Virus record (IMG/VR): IMGVR_UViG_3300030090_007211
Location: 87,932-151,931 of that record
Source of the DNA: a virus
Reading direction: 5' to 3' (one strand)
Length of the DNA: 64,000 nt
Below are positions 8,887 through 19,331 of the stretch, one piece after another. The position numbers were made by a program, and so were the translations under genes. Every line of letters starts with the position of its first letter. The stretch's first letter is position 1. The notes under the pieces were generated by a model. The model saw only the letters and a list, made by a program, of their open reading frames with translations. It was not told where the DNA came from and made no database searches.

Positions 8887-9948
8887 TTATTTCCAATAAC
8901 TTTCTGTTAAAGTATCTCTTTTAGTCATTGCCCATACAGGAGCACTAGTTTTACCCCCATCACTTCCATGAATAACCACAATATCAAAGAAATCTTCTAA
9001 AATTTCTTTAGCATCTTGCGCAGTTTCAAAGTTATATCTAGGTGATCCGGGAAAGTTAGCAATAAATACCCCATCATCTTTTAGGGCTGTCATCACATCT
9101 TGTATAGTTCTTCTCATCATTAAAGGGGATCCTTGTACGTTTAAAACATTACTAGCAAATATGATATCATATTCTCTATTCAATGCATTCGGATCATGAT
9201 GTTCATCATTTACATTACTATGAAAATCATGGGCAGTAACATCTAAACCTAACTCTCTCAAAGCGTAGGTATGTTTTGCATCTTTACCTGAACCAAAATC
9301 TAAAATTTTAACATCTCTATTACCACTATCTTTTATATATTGGAGAACCATTCTAGGGGTAACTGCATTTGGTCCAACTGCCCCACTACTCCTACTGGAT
9401 CGATTTGCTTTTTCAATTTCTTCTGGAGAAATTGACTCATAACTCATTTCTAATATTGTTTCTTTCATTTTACTTTCTATTAAAGGAATTATATTATTTT
9501 CCCAATAATTTTTATAACCTATTTTATTAAATTCTATATTGGGAATTTTTAACCATTTTTTACTTCTAGTTTTAGCATCCTCAACATTAAATCCACCGTA
9601 ATTATCGTTTACGAATAACCATTTATGATGATATATTTGTGGGGAAGACTTTTGTTTCATATATCTCATACTCCCATCCCCTCGTATAAGAATTGCGTCT
9701 CCTACTATAGGTTCATCGGAAGTATCCCAATCTGGGGAAGAAATAAAAGTTACGTTCCCATTTTTTACATCATATTTTATGATATCATAAATAAAATCAG
9801 AAGGTATCTCACGTTTAGCAAACTCTAAAACGGCATGGGGTAGTTTATCTTCTACAGATTTATGTAGATATATTGTATTACCTACCTGTTTCCCAACACC
9901 ATATTTAGGTGACCTTTTTATAATACTACCTTTCTCGGTTTTAATCAT
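8887..9948 (-). CDS. two-domain class I SAM methyltransferase resembling DNA-phosphorothioation-associated MTases
   Basis: C-terminal ILDFGSGK and FASNVLNV; N-terminal GKQVGNTIYLHKS...IYHHKWLFV domain. Confidence 0.7.
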   Translation of the reverse strand: MIKTEKGSIIKRSPKYGVGKQVGNTIYLHKSVEDKLPHAVLEFAKREIPSDFIYDIIKYDVKNGNVTFISSPDWDTSDEPIVGDAILIRGDGSMRYMKQKSSPQIYHHKWLFVNDNYGGFNVEDAKTRSKKWLKIPNIEFNKIGYKNYWENNIIPLIESKMKETILEMSYESISPEEIEKANRSSRSSGAVGPNAVTPRMVLQYIKDSGNRDVKILDFGSGKDAKHTYALRELGLDVTAHDFHSNVNDEHHDPNALNREYDIIFASNVLNVQGSPLMMRRTIQDVMTALKDDGVFIANFPGSPRYNFETAQDAKEILEDFFDIVVIHGSDGGKTSAPVWAMTKRDTLTESYWK

Positions 9949-10156
9949 TATTTGTTTATTATATAAATATATTACTATTTCTTATTACCCCATTTTATAA
10001 TAAACAAAATATTATATTTTTTTATCCATGATAATTTTTCACCACCTTTAGTAGTATTAATCTTTTCTTTGATATCACTTTTAAGTTTAAAGTGTTGAGA
10101 GAAGGTTTTTAAAAGACTTTTATATAGTTTATTACTATTATGGTGGTCAAATAACA

Positions 10157-10819
10157 TTAGAAGTTAGGTGCATTAGTATTAAGTTTAGAAAGGATATATT
10201 CCATAGCTTCTTCAGGCGAATCTACTAATTTATACATTTCTAAATCTTCTTTACTAATTTTACCCTGACTCAACATCGTATTTTTTATCCATTCGAATAA
10301 TCCACCCCAAAAATTAGAATCCATAAATACTATAGGTACTGATCTCATATGTCCGGTTTGAATTAGGGTTAAGGTTTCAAATATTTCATCAAATGTACCA
10401 AATCCACCCGGAAACGCGACAAATGCTTGGGAATATTTTAAGAAGAATACTTTACGAGTAAAGAAATATCTACAACTTACTAATTTATCTACATATTCAT
10501 TTGCAGAAGATTCGAAGGGTAACTCTATTTGTAACCCTACAGAATTACCATTTAAATTACTCGCCCCTAAATTAGCGGCTTCCATTATCCCCGGTCCACC
10601 ACCAGTTATTATACCATATCCGTTTGAAACTATTAACTCTGATAATTTAGTTGCTTTTTGATAAAACTCATCATCCGGTTGCGTACGAGCAGATCCAAAG
10701 ATGGAGATACAGGGACCGATAGTAGTTAATTCATCAAATCCTTTAATAAATTCTCCATGTATACGTAATGCTTGCCACGCGTCTGTAGCTTTATCGTGTT
10801 TCCATAATTGATTTTTCAT
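10157..10819 (-). CDS. LOG family nucleotide-binding protein (TIGR00730-like)
   Basis: SIFGSAR, TGGGPGIMEAAN, FFTRK, PGGFGTFDE. Confidence 0.93.
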   Translation of the reverse strand: MKNQLWKHDKATDAWQALRIHGEFIKGFDELTTIGPCISIFGSARTQPDDEFYQKATKLSELIVSNGYGIITGGGPGIMEAANLGASNLNGNSVGLQIELPFESSANEYVDKLVSCRYFFTRKVFFLKYSQAFVAFPGGFGTFDEIFETLTLIQTGHMRSVPIVFMDSNFWGGLFEWIKNTMLSQGKISKEDLEMYKLVDSPEEAMEYILSKLNTNAPNF

Positions 10820-11020
10820 AATCCTCCAATTCCTGTTTTAGTGCGTAAATGTGTGTCCATCTCATTATATTTTTTTTCTTCCGCTTTTTTCCATTCATAA
10901 TATGCATGTAAAATATCCGGCATATCTAATTCATAATACATTTTAAATTCGCTATTACCATTGTAGCTCATATACTCAGTCTCATAATCTTGTTTCTTCA
11001 ACCAAGCCCATATTTCCATT

Positions 11021-11182
11021 TTATTTATTTTCATTTCTTAAATTTTTATTGCCTTTGTTATGGGAAGGAATGTAAGGACAATTTCTACATCCTGAACCAC
11101 AACAAAAACCTCTTTTAATTAAAAACTTTTCTGTTAGTACCATTTTACCATTTTCTAAATAATAATCACTATTGTTTTTCAC
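11021..11182 (-). CDS. DUF5522-like small Cys-rich protein (not in ORF track)
   Basis: manual translation ...DYYLENGKMVLTEKFLIKRGFCCGSGCRNCPY...; GTG start. Confidence 0.8.
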   Translation of the reverse strand: MKNNSDYYLENGKMVLTEKFLIKRGFCCGSGCRNCPYIPSHNKGNKNLRNENK

Positions 11183-11537
11183 ATTTCTTTTCTAAATCTA
11201 CTATCCTCATTAAAACTTCATCATTAATGAAAGTTAAACTATATTTCTCCCCCCATTTTTTCTGCAGAGCTTTAATAATATTTTCTAATTCATCATATTT
11301 TAATCCATGATGCTCAATTAAATAAGTATGTAATCTCCTCATAGGATTATATAATTTAAACATATTACAAATTCCTTGACCACCATTATATTGGATGGTA
11401 TGATATCTCTCTTCACCAAAGTTAAACGAGAACCAAGTGTCTGTAACCCCATATACATTAGTAGTAGTATGAAAAATAGTTTTTTCATCCACATCTTCAA
11501 TAATATAATTATAATATTTAGTGTGGTCTTTACCCAT
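11169..11537 (-). CDS. hypothetical protein with one copy of the YGL-E-W repeat domain
   Basis: KYYNYIIEDV...YLIEHHGLKYDELENI. Confidence 0.55.
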   Translation of the reverse strand: MGKDHTKYYNYIIEDVDEKTIFHTTTNVYGVTDTWFSFNFGEERYHTIQYNGGQGICNMFKLYNPMRRLHTYLIEHHGLKYDELENIIKALQKKWGEKYSLTFINDEVLMRIVDLEKKCEKQ

Positions 11538-11888
11538 TATTTAATCCAATCGTTGTATGCATGATTATATGCGGTAACTATATCAACTTTTGTTGAGTTA
11601 TTTAAATAATTCTGTGCGGTTACTTCTACTTCTTCCCTTAACCCATATTTATCGGCATCTTGTAATATTAAATCTACATGGTCGTAGTCTTTACTGGTGG
11701 GAGAATTGTTAACTTTACAAAAATGGTAGTAATGGGCGTAATCTTCCATTAATTTACTGGTAGGTGTGGCATTCCCATATACTCTCTCGTTATGATTCAA
11801 CCAATCTTTCGCATCTAAAATTTTCATTATCTTTTGAATTTAAGATAAATATAAATAATAAATTTTAAAAAATCTACCCTTTTTTTAA

Positions 11889-12011
11889 CTATCTTCCTTG
11901 ACCTCTATATTTTTTTGCGTAAAATTTAGATTGTTTGTTGTTAGAAGTACGTTTTTTAGAGTGAATTCCTTTACGTTTCTTTGGTTTACTTTCGGTTGCT
12001 TTTGATCTCAT
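11889..12011 (-). CDS. 40-aa highly basic protein ending KKYRGQGR (not in ORF track)
   Basis: manual translation MRSKATESKPKKRKGIHSKKRTSNNKQSKFYAKKYRGQGR. Confidence 0.75.
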   Translation of the reverse strand: MRSKATESKPKKRKGIHSKKRTSNNKQSKFYAKKYRGQGR

Positions 12012-12083
12012 AAGTAGGTTGTTATAAGAATAAATAGATCATTCTTTTAACCTACTTTTAAAAGTTATGTCTTTTTTATGTAA
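12012..12083 (-). promoter_or_regulatory. TATTTAT promoter inside a 9-bp hairpin, with an upstream degenerate TTACA box
   Basis: arms AAGTAGGTT 12012-20 / AACCTACTT 12049-57; ATAAATA 12030-36; TGTCT-N6-TGTAA 12068-83. Confidence 0.6.
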
Positions 12084-12477
12084 GGATTTTTTTAACTACT
12101 TGAGAAACTAGTTTATTATCTGCTTTACCACCATATTCTTTATTAAAATCTCCCATAATTTTTCCCATATCTTTCATAGTAGAATAATTATTGGTTACAA
12201 TGATAGACTGAATGACTTTTTCTATATCACTTTCTGACATTTGAATTGGTAAATATTCATCTAATATTTTTATTTCCTCTTTGGATTTATCATCATTTAC
12301 TGTCTCCAAATTCTTTTTAAATTTTTGTAATAACTTAATAACTTCGGTTTCTGTTAATATTGTCGTACCATCTTCCAATCTCCCTATTTCTCCCTTAATT
12401 ACTCTTAATAAATTTAATCTTACTTTATCTCCATTCCGTAAAGATGTCTTTATTTCTTCATTTATTCTCTCTTTCAT
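12076..12477 (-). CDS. GatB/YqeY domain protein
   Basis: RLNLLRVIK, EIKILDEYLP.QMSE, KDMGKIMG, GKAD. Confidence 0.9.
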   Translation of the reverse strand: MKERINEEIKTSLRNGDKVRLNLLRVIKGEIGRLEDGTTILTETEVIKLLQKFKKNLETVNDDKSKEEIKILDEYLPIQMSESDIEKVIQSIIVTNNYSTMKDMGKIMGDFNKEYGGKADNKLVSQVVKKILT

Positions 12478-12482
12478 TGAAC

Positions 12483-12737
12483 CTATTTTTTATATTTCTT
12501 TTTTATTTTTTTTATGTCTTTAGTCATTTTCTTTTCCCATAACGTTTCATGGGTATAATATAAAAATAATTTTACGATTGTGTCCACTGCACCAATACTT
12601 AACGCAATATAAGGATTACCGGTTACTAACCACCCCACTAAAACCGTTACTAAAGTACTTATTACTCTTGCACTAATCGCTCGTTTAATCCTAGTTATGG
12701 TTAAATATTTTTTTATTTTTTCTCTTCTTTGCTTCAT
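12483..12737 (-). CDS. DUF2061-like membrane protein
   Basis: RVISTLVT...VTG...ALSIG..DTIVKLFLYYTHE.LW. Confidence 0.75.
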   Translation of the reverse strand: MKQRREKIKKYLTITRIKRAISARVISTLVTVLVGWLVTGNPYIALSIGAVDTIVKLFLYYTHETLWEKKMTKDIKKIKKKYKK

Positions 12738-12836
12738 ATTAACTATTAAAAATAAAGTACAACAATCCCCACCATAGAAGTTTATAAATAAGAAAATAAA
12801 ACCAATACTTCTTACTTAACTCCCATAATCTTTTAT

Positions 12837-13160
12837 TTATACTGAGAAACTTTCGCCACACCCACATGTTCTTACTGCGTTTGGATTTTTAAATTGGAAT
12901 CCTTTCCCATTTATTCCACCTGAAAAATCTAAGGTGGTATCCATTAAATACAGTAAGCTTCTTACGTCACATACTATTTTTATTCCTTTATCTTCAAAAA
13001 TCTCGTCCCCTTCTTGATGTTTATCATCAAAAGTTAAATCATATGATAAACCAGAGCATCCTCCTGCTTTTACCGCCACTCTTACAAAATGTGACTCTTT
13101 ACCCTCCTCTTTTAATAAAGAAAGTATCTTTTTTTCTGCAGTTTCCGTAATAGTAATCAT
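12837..13160 (-). CDS. iscA: Fe-S cluster assembly A-type carrier (HesB/IscA)
   Basis: GGCSGLSY and NPNAVRTCGCGESF. Confidence 0.95.
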   Translation of the reverse strand: MITITETAEKKILSLLKEEGKESHFVRVAVKAGGCSGLSYDLTFDDKHQEGDEIFEDKGIKIVCDVRSLLYLMDTTLDFSGGINGKGFQFKNPNAVRTCGCGESFSV

Positions 13161-13774
13161 CTAATGGTGTTATTTATTTATAAATATCTAGTAATAGAGT
13201 ATCTACTACGACAATATGAAAAGTGTCTGGTGGGACACAATAAAAATTATCAAAATGCATATGTTCAATATAAACAGTTATTGTATCTTTTATAATCATA
13301 GGATGAGTAGTATAAGGAACAGGTTTAATTGTTTTACACCCAATACATACTAATAATAGTAATATTAATTTACCTACTTTTATCATGGGCGAATAAATTT
13401 CTTTGGGAGGAGGAAATATACCGACCACCCCAATTAACTAACCCTAATGCGGCATGAATTAAATCCTTTTCTAACTCGCTGAGCATTACATTTTCTTTAG
13501 GATTGGTGTAATACTTTTTAAAGTGACGATCTAACCCATAATATGAATCTGTATTTTTCATAAATGTGCCAACTCCTTTCGCATATCTAACCTCATCTGT
13601 TTACCAAATGATTGATCATTAGGATGATTTCTAAAATTAGAGATTAAAAAATAAAGTAATTTATCTTTTTGTTCCTCACTTAACCCCTTAATTAGTGTTT
13701 TAATATCCTTTTTATACATAACTTCTTTCATTTTTAGGTAAAGATAGTAAAAAAAAATTAAAAAAACAAATATT

Positions 13775-15397
13775 TTATTTAATCTCTCCCGGTTTTTTAG
13801 ATTGATTTCTTTCACCACACATTTTACATTTACCACAGGGTTGATTAGTAACTGGATTAGGGTACCAACATGTCCAAGTTATATTAAGAACATCCACAAA
13901 TCCTCCATTGTGTGCTAACCACCACATATCAAATTTATTCATGTGGATAACAGGGAATATAAAATCTTTAAAAATATCTAATTTATGATCTAATTCGGTT
14001 TTAAATAAGGAAGGATCTATATGTGCTGCTCCTGACTTACCTTTTATAAGATGTTTTATTAATTTTTCAAAACGACCCCCTATTTCAACACCTATTTCTA
14101 TTTTAGCACCAAAAGTTTTTATAAAATGTGCAAAATTTCTATATTGGACACCCATCCTCTCTTTAATTAAATGGGTACCATATTTAATAAATTCACATTT
14201 TTTTTCTATTTCAGGATCAATCTTTATATAATGGGGGTACACATAAATAGTAGGTAATATTTTATCTTTATATCGTGGGTATTTTTCATTTATAAAATGT
14301 TTAATTCTAATCATTGCTTCTATTTCATGACCAATATTCTGTCTCACATCAATATTGGTAAAATAAAGTGGTTGGACTGTAAAACCATATTGTAATAATT
14401 CCATCACCCTAAAGGTCGAATCAAATCCGCCAGTCCATAAAATATGTTTAATTTTTCCTTCATTTCTTTTATTCCATATGTATTGAGTTACATTTATAGC
14501 AGAACGAAGTATTTCTTTATCTTCTTCTGGGGTTAAGTACGTGGGGGTTGATCCCTTAGAAAGATTAGTGAGAAATCTTCCGTTTTCATTTAGTGGGACC
14601 CTTCCTTCATTAAGAGAAATAGGAAGAGGGGACTGGGTAACCCTTTTTACAGAAAAAAGGGGGTACCATTTACCGTTAGTAATTGCAATAGTATATCTTA
14701 CATCCGCCAAATGTGTATTCTCTAGATTTTTTATTTCATATTTTCCATCCCCTAAATAAGTTTTAATTGTTTTAACTTCTTTACTTTTCACAAAAGTTTC
14801 TGCGAATTTATCTTTTATTATAATCCCATCTATATTACCAGTAAGTTTTAAATTTTTAAGAAAAAATATTTTTTCTCCACACGTTCCTCTAAGAGGTTTC
14901 ATAACTACATTTGGGCAATTTTCATAAACTTTATTTTTAAAAATAACATCGGAAGGTTGTTTAATATCTCCCTCATAATTTTCTAATTCTTTTAGAAGTG
15001 CCATTTTATCTGACAACAATTCAAAAATAGCGGTGGGAGCGCCAGTTTTTTCATACCGCATCCAATTATCTAATATTTCTTTATTATTAAGACTTTTAGT
15101 TGATATCATCACCGGTATATTATAAGATTCTAAAAATTCTTTTAACATTTTAACCTGTGGGTGATCAATATCATGGTGTATAATAGCAATCCCTTTTTTA
15201 TCCTCACCATTTTCTTCCCATATTTTTTTTAAATTTTTACTAGTAGTGAGTGCTCGTTCTTCTGAGGCTAATAAAAAACTTTTTTCATCATTAAAATTTG
15301 TAGATTCCATATATAATGCAGGACCAGAATTTATTTCCAATAAACATAATCCTTCATCAGTTATAATAAAATCACATCCATAACTATCAATTAACAT
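13775..15397 (-). CDS. fusion of a permuted ATP-grasp-like ligase and a QueC-like PP-loop ATPase
   Basis: N-terminal GCDF...LLEINSGP, VMKP..GTCG, DVR, TNLSKG; C-terminal LWTGGFDST and TWTCWYP...PCGKCKMC. Confidence 0.7.
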   Translation of the reverse strand: MLIDSYGCDFIITDEGLCLLEINSGPALYMESTNFNDEKSFLLASEERALTTSKNLKKIWEENGEDKKGIAIIHHDIDHPQVKMLKEFLESYNIPVMISTKSLNNKEILDNWMRYEKTGAPTAIFELLSDKMALLKELENYEGDIKQPSDVIFKNKVYENCPNVVMKPLRGTCGEKIFFLKNLKLTGNIDGIIIKDKFAETFVKSKEVKTIKTYLGDGKYEIKNLENTHLADVRYTIAITNGKWYPLFSVKRVTQSPLPISLNEGRVPLNENGRFLTNLSKGSTPTYLTPEEDKEILRSAINVTQYIWNKRNEGKIKHILWTGGFDSTFRVMELLQYGFTVQPLYFTNIDVRQNIGHEIEAMIRIKHFINEKYPRYKDKILPTIYVYPHYIKIDPEIEKKCEFIKYGTHLIKERMGVQYRNFAHFIKTFGAKIEIGVEIGGRFEKLIKHLIKGKSGAAHIDPSLFKTELDHKLDIFKDFIFPVIHMNKFDMWWLAHNGGFVDVLNITWTCWYPNPVTNQPCGKCKMCGERNQSKKPGEIK

Positions 15398-15401
15398 TTT
15401 A

Positions 15402-15974
15402 TTATTTTTTTTTAATATTTTTATGTTTTAAAGAACTATCAATAAATTTTTTCATAAATTCATCCTTTTCTTTATCAGTTTTTAAGTTATACCAATAATA
15501 GGAACTTCTTTTACAAAATTCATCGATCTGTTCTTTAATCTTATTACAGGTGATATTAATTTCCTCAATCTCATCCTTAAAGTCTTCTACATCTATACCT
15601 AATTCAATTGCAATTATTATCAATACACCTTTTTCACCATCTTGTGAAGCATTAACTGCCGTTTCGTACATAGTCCGAAGTTCTAATATTGTTTTTTCAT
15701 CCTCATCCTTTAATTTGTCAGGATGGGTTAAAGAAACTATCTTTCTAAAAAGTTTTTTAAATTTAGTGGGTAATTGATCACTAACTGCAGCTTCTTCACT
15801 TTGAGTGTCCCCTGAAGAAATAATAGGTATTATAAATTCATACCCAGATTCTATGATATTTTGTTTAAAATCTCTTTCGTATTCTCCACGCAACTCATTA
15901 AAATATTCTAATTCTTGTTGTAAATATTTGTATTTACTTACTAATCGCTTAAGTTCAATAGAGTTGGTTGACAT
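15402..15974 (-). CDS. J-domain-like (HPD) coiled-coil protein
   Basis: FKKLFRKIVSLTHPDK. Confidence 0.65.
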   Translation of the reverse strand: MSTNSIELKRLVSKYKYLQQELEYFNELRGEYERDFKQNIIESGYEFIIPIISSGDTQSEEAAVSDQLPTKFKKLFRKIVSLTHPDKLKDEDEKTILELRTMYETAVNASQDGEKGVLIIIAIELGIDVEDFKDEIEEINITCNKIKEQIDEFCKRSSYYWYNLKTDKEKDEFMKKFIDSSLKHKNIKKK

Positions 15975-16299
15975 TTATAGTGTTTAACCATAAATATCTG
16001 AAGATTGTAATAAAAAGGTATAATTCTAGTAATAGAAATGTCATTTTTTAGTAAGTGCGATTAATAACTCCTCTACCAAGTCTAACACTTCTCTTCTATT
16101 GGAGTCTTTGTAGTTACCAAATAGATCATTATGAATATTCAGTAGATTATCTGTTACTCTTTCTATACAATTAATTGTACGTTGTTTTTCATGTGATAGA
16201 GGTGCATAATAAACTGAATCTTTTACTTGACGTAATTCCGCCATACTGCGCTTTTTTACTTTTGCCATAATACTTTGATTTTATTTAAAGATAAGGAAA

Positions 16300-17079
16300 T
16301 TATATTTTAAAATCAACAGATGTAAGCACATTATATCCCTTTTCTGTGATTACTACCGTATGTTCCCATGAAGTTCCCACACTTAAATCTTCATTTACTA
16401 CACTCCATCCATCTTGTGTGGTTATTAAAACATCATTAGTTACTAAACCAGGTTCAATTGCTAAAACATTACCCACTTTTAATTTATAATCATTGTAAGG
16501 GTTATCTTCTTTAACGTAGTAAGGTATTGCAGGAGGTTCGTGTAAATTTCTTCCTACACCATGCCCTTGAAAATCTTTTATTACTTTAAAACCATTTTCA
16601 TTCGCATATTGTTGTTGTCTTTCACATATTTCTCTTATGGTAACTCCCGGTTTTAAAATTTCTAAAGTTTTATAAAGACATTTTTTACTAACTTCATTTA
16701 AACGTTTTTTATCTTCACTTACTTCACCCACTTCTACATTAATGGCGCCATCTGCATACATTCCTTGATAAATGACCGGACAATCTATACCTACTAACAT
16801 CCCGTTTTTAATGACTTGATCAGAAGGGATACCATGTAATAATACTTCATCTATAGAAATACTACAATGCCCTGGAAATCCATTATATTGATATGAAGCG
16901 GATATTCCACCCCATTTTGCAATGTATTTTGCGGCTAATTCGTCTAATTGTTTAGTAGTAATTCCTTCCTTACATTGGATTGAAAGTCCTGCCAATACTC
17001 TTGCCACTATATCTCCGGCAGCACGAATTTTTTTAATTTGATTTTTACTATAGATTTTAGGATGTTTTGGCTTCTTCAT
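16300..17079 (-). CDS. map: methionine aminopeptidase type I
   Basis: HGIPS, D..V...G.YAD, GHGVG..LHEPP, AIEP, WEHTV metal ligands. Confidence 0.95.
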   Translation of the reverse strand: MKKPKHPKIYSKNQIKKIRAAGDIVARVLAGLSIQCKEGITTKQLDELAAKYIAKWGGISASYQYNGFPGHCSISIDEVLLHGIPSDQVIKNGMLVGIDCPVIYQGMYADGAINVEVGEVSEDKKRLNEVSKKCLYKTLEILKPGVTIREICERQQQYANENGFKVIKDFQGHGVGRNLHEPPAIPYYVKEDNPYNDYKLKVGNVLAIEPGLVTNDVLITTQDGWSVVNEDLSVGTSWEHTVVITEKGYNVLTSVDFKI

Positions 17080-17147
17080 TTTATAATAAATATACTTTAC
17101 TCTTATTAAATGGTAAGTATTTATAGTAATAAAATATTTATTAATAG

Positions 17148-19232
17148 ATGGAAGAGGATAAACAAGAAAAATATCTTAATCGTGTAATTCAAGAGTTGGT
17201 GGATAATACTTATGCAGATGTTAGAGATCAAAAAATATGGCATCCATATGATGAACATTATTCTCGTCATCTAATTGGTGGTGCTCCATTGCAATTTTTT
17301 GATTTTGTTCATGACTCTTATGGTATTTTTCCGGAAGAAGTGGAATCATTATGGTCACAATATAAACATAGGATTAAAAAGGAAAATGGATGGGTACAAA
17401 TTTATCCATTCGATAGTCGTGGTGAAGCAGTTAGATTTGCAATGAATGAAGATTACGATAAGTTTAAAAAAATAGATAATCCTAAACAACATAAATTTTA
17501 TCATAAAATCGCAGATAAAATAGTAGACTTAATTGAGGTGAGAGAAACAAGAGACTATGGGTATGATGAAATGGTAGAAGAAATATTTTTAACGGATTTA
17601 TTAAATCCTAAATTTCCACGTCAAGGAATGAGTTTACCCCCTAATATTAATATTCCAGATTATGATACATTCCACGACAGAATATTACGTAGGGTATCAG
17701 ATTTTTTCCCTATGTTGGAAAACTATTGGTTTATAGATGATATATTTACCCAACTATTTATTCTAACTAAATTTGTATTCCCTAAAATATGGAATAAATT
17801 TTATAAAGGAGAAGATCAACCAGAAGAATCTACAGATTATGGTGAACATGTGTTAGATTATGAAGAAAAGAAGAAAGAAATAAATGAATCTACTTCTTTA
17901 ATAGACGTAGTAGTTAAAGATATGATTAAAAATACTACTACTGAGGTAAGTAAATTTAGTACTCGTACTGTCTATGTCCCTACTAATAATGCAATTTATA
18001 ATTTTGGTTTACTCAATAATTTAGAGCGTTGCCCTAACTATCTTTACAATTACATACAAGATACTTATGGGTTAACTCCCCAAGAAATTGAGGAGGTGTG
18101 GATACATTATAAAGACGCAATTATGAATATGTTAGAGGATACGGATAGTAATAATCCCTTTGCTATTAGAGAAGCAGAAGGAAACATCATTCCTCACTTA
18201 ACTGAAAAAGAGAAGGAAGACCTTTATTCCTTTGCGTGGCATCCCGACCCAAAGAAAGGAAAATTTTACGAAGCTATATTACGGGATGTGATAGGTGCAT
18301 CTGCAATAAGTTGGGATGGAGTAATAACTGTGGGGGATCCTAATCTAGCTCCCGGTAGAGGCTTGGAATTTCATAATATTTCTCTCGCTTATGATGTCAA
18401 TCCCTTCTTCCGCTATTTAAAAGATACTTATGCGTTATTAGATAACGAGATCCACCCTATTTGGTCCCGCTGGGAACATATTATGGAAGAGAAGATAAAG
18501 AAATGGTTAGAGGAGAAAAATATTTCGTGGAATGATGGTCATTATGCTATTGGTGTTGACTATACTGATGACCATATCTGGGATGCTAATAATTTACCCC
18601 CACCTGACCACCCAGACTGGGTGGAGGAATCGACTATTAAAGTAGATGATGAAACGGGAGAGTTTTATGGTTGGAAATCTAACGAACAAATAGATAAAGA
18701 ATATAGTGAAAAATCCAAATTACAAAAAGGTTACTTACAATGGGCAGTAGAAGAAATAAGAGATCAAATAGAAAGTGATCCCATATCCAAAAATCCTTAT
18801 CGATATGGGTCTGCAGATAGTTTACCACCAGCTTGGATACGCATACGTTGGCAAAATTTAGGTTTAGACGCAGATGAGATGGATTGGGCGTGGAGACAAG
18901 TGTTAAACCATTTTAAACCTATCCCTTTAACTGAAAATTTTCCACGTTTAAATAAAAATAAATTTAATTATATATTTAAAGATTTACATAATAAAACAGT
19001 AAAATTACATGGGAGTAATAAACCTCTATGTACAGGAGGTATGTCACCCACATTATCCGATGGTAAAGCAGTACAAATTTATTTCCCCTCTTCCGATTTT
19101 CCTTATTATGTAGAACTAGATGAAAAAGTAAGATCACCTTTTTATCATTATTTAGAAACCACTTACAATCTAAGTGAAGACGAAATAGATGAAGTATGGG
19201 AGAAATATAGACGATATATCTGTCACACATAA
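17148..19232 (+). CDS. 694-aa protein made of about 6 divergent repeats of an uncharacterised helical domain
   Basis: recurrent DSYGIFPEEVESLW / DTYGLTPQEIEEVW / DTYALLDNEIHPIW / TTYNLSEDEIDEVW. Confidence 0.75.
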   Translation: MEEDKQEKYLNRVIQELVDNTYADVRDQKIWHPYDEHYSRHLIGGAPLQFFDFVHDSYGIFPEEVESLWSQYKHRIKKENGWVQIYPFDSRGEAVRFAMNEDYDKFKKIDNPKQHKFYHKIADKIVDLIEVRETRDYGYDEMVEEIFLTDLLNPKFPRQGMSLPPNINIPDYDTFHDRILRRVSDFFPMLENYWFIDDIFTQLFILTKFVFPKIWNKFYKGEDQPEESTDYGEHVLDYEEKKKEINESTSLIDVVVKDMIKNTTTEVSKFSTRTVYVPTNNAIYNFGLLNNLERCPNYLYNYIQDTYGLTPQEIEEVWIHYKDAIMNMLEDTDSNNPFAIREAEGNIIPHLTEKEKEDLYSFAWHPDPKKGKFYEAILRDVIGASAISWDGVITVGDPNLAPGRGLEFHNISLAYDVNPFFRYLKDTYALLDNEIHPIWSRWEHIMEEKIKKWLEEKNISWNDGHYAIGVDYTDDHIWDANNLPPPDHPDWVEESTIKVDDETGEFYGWKSNEQIDKEYSEKSKLQKGYLQWAVEEIRDQIESDPISKNPYRYGSADSLPPAWIRIRWQNLGLDADEMDWAWRQVLNHFKPIPLTENFPRLNKNKFNYIFKDLHNKTVKLHGSNKPLCTGGMSPTLSDGKAVQIYFPSSDFPYYVELDEKVRSPFYHYLETTYNLSEDEIDEVWEKYRRYICHT

Positions 19233-19285
19233 TTACAAAACTATTACACAACTTTTTTTTTACGTAGTTTTTAGAAAATATTTAT
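19233..19285 (+). promoter_or_regulatory. TTACA-N6-TTACA box plus TATTTAT promoter core
   Basis: TTACA 19233-37, N6, TTACA 19244-48, 30 nt, TATTTAT 19279-85. Confidence 0.65.
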
Positions 19286-19331
19286 GTATAGGATAACACC
19301 TATAATAACAACTAAATAAAAACTAATAACT

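Noticed and set aside
13775-15397. Canonical queC / 7-deazaguanine DNA modification cluster
   Set aside because: PP-loop is TGGFDS within a fusion protein and no partner genes are in the window; gene symbol withheld
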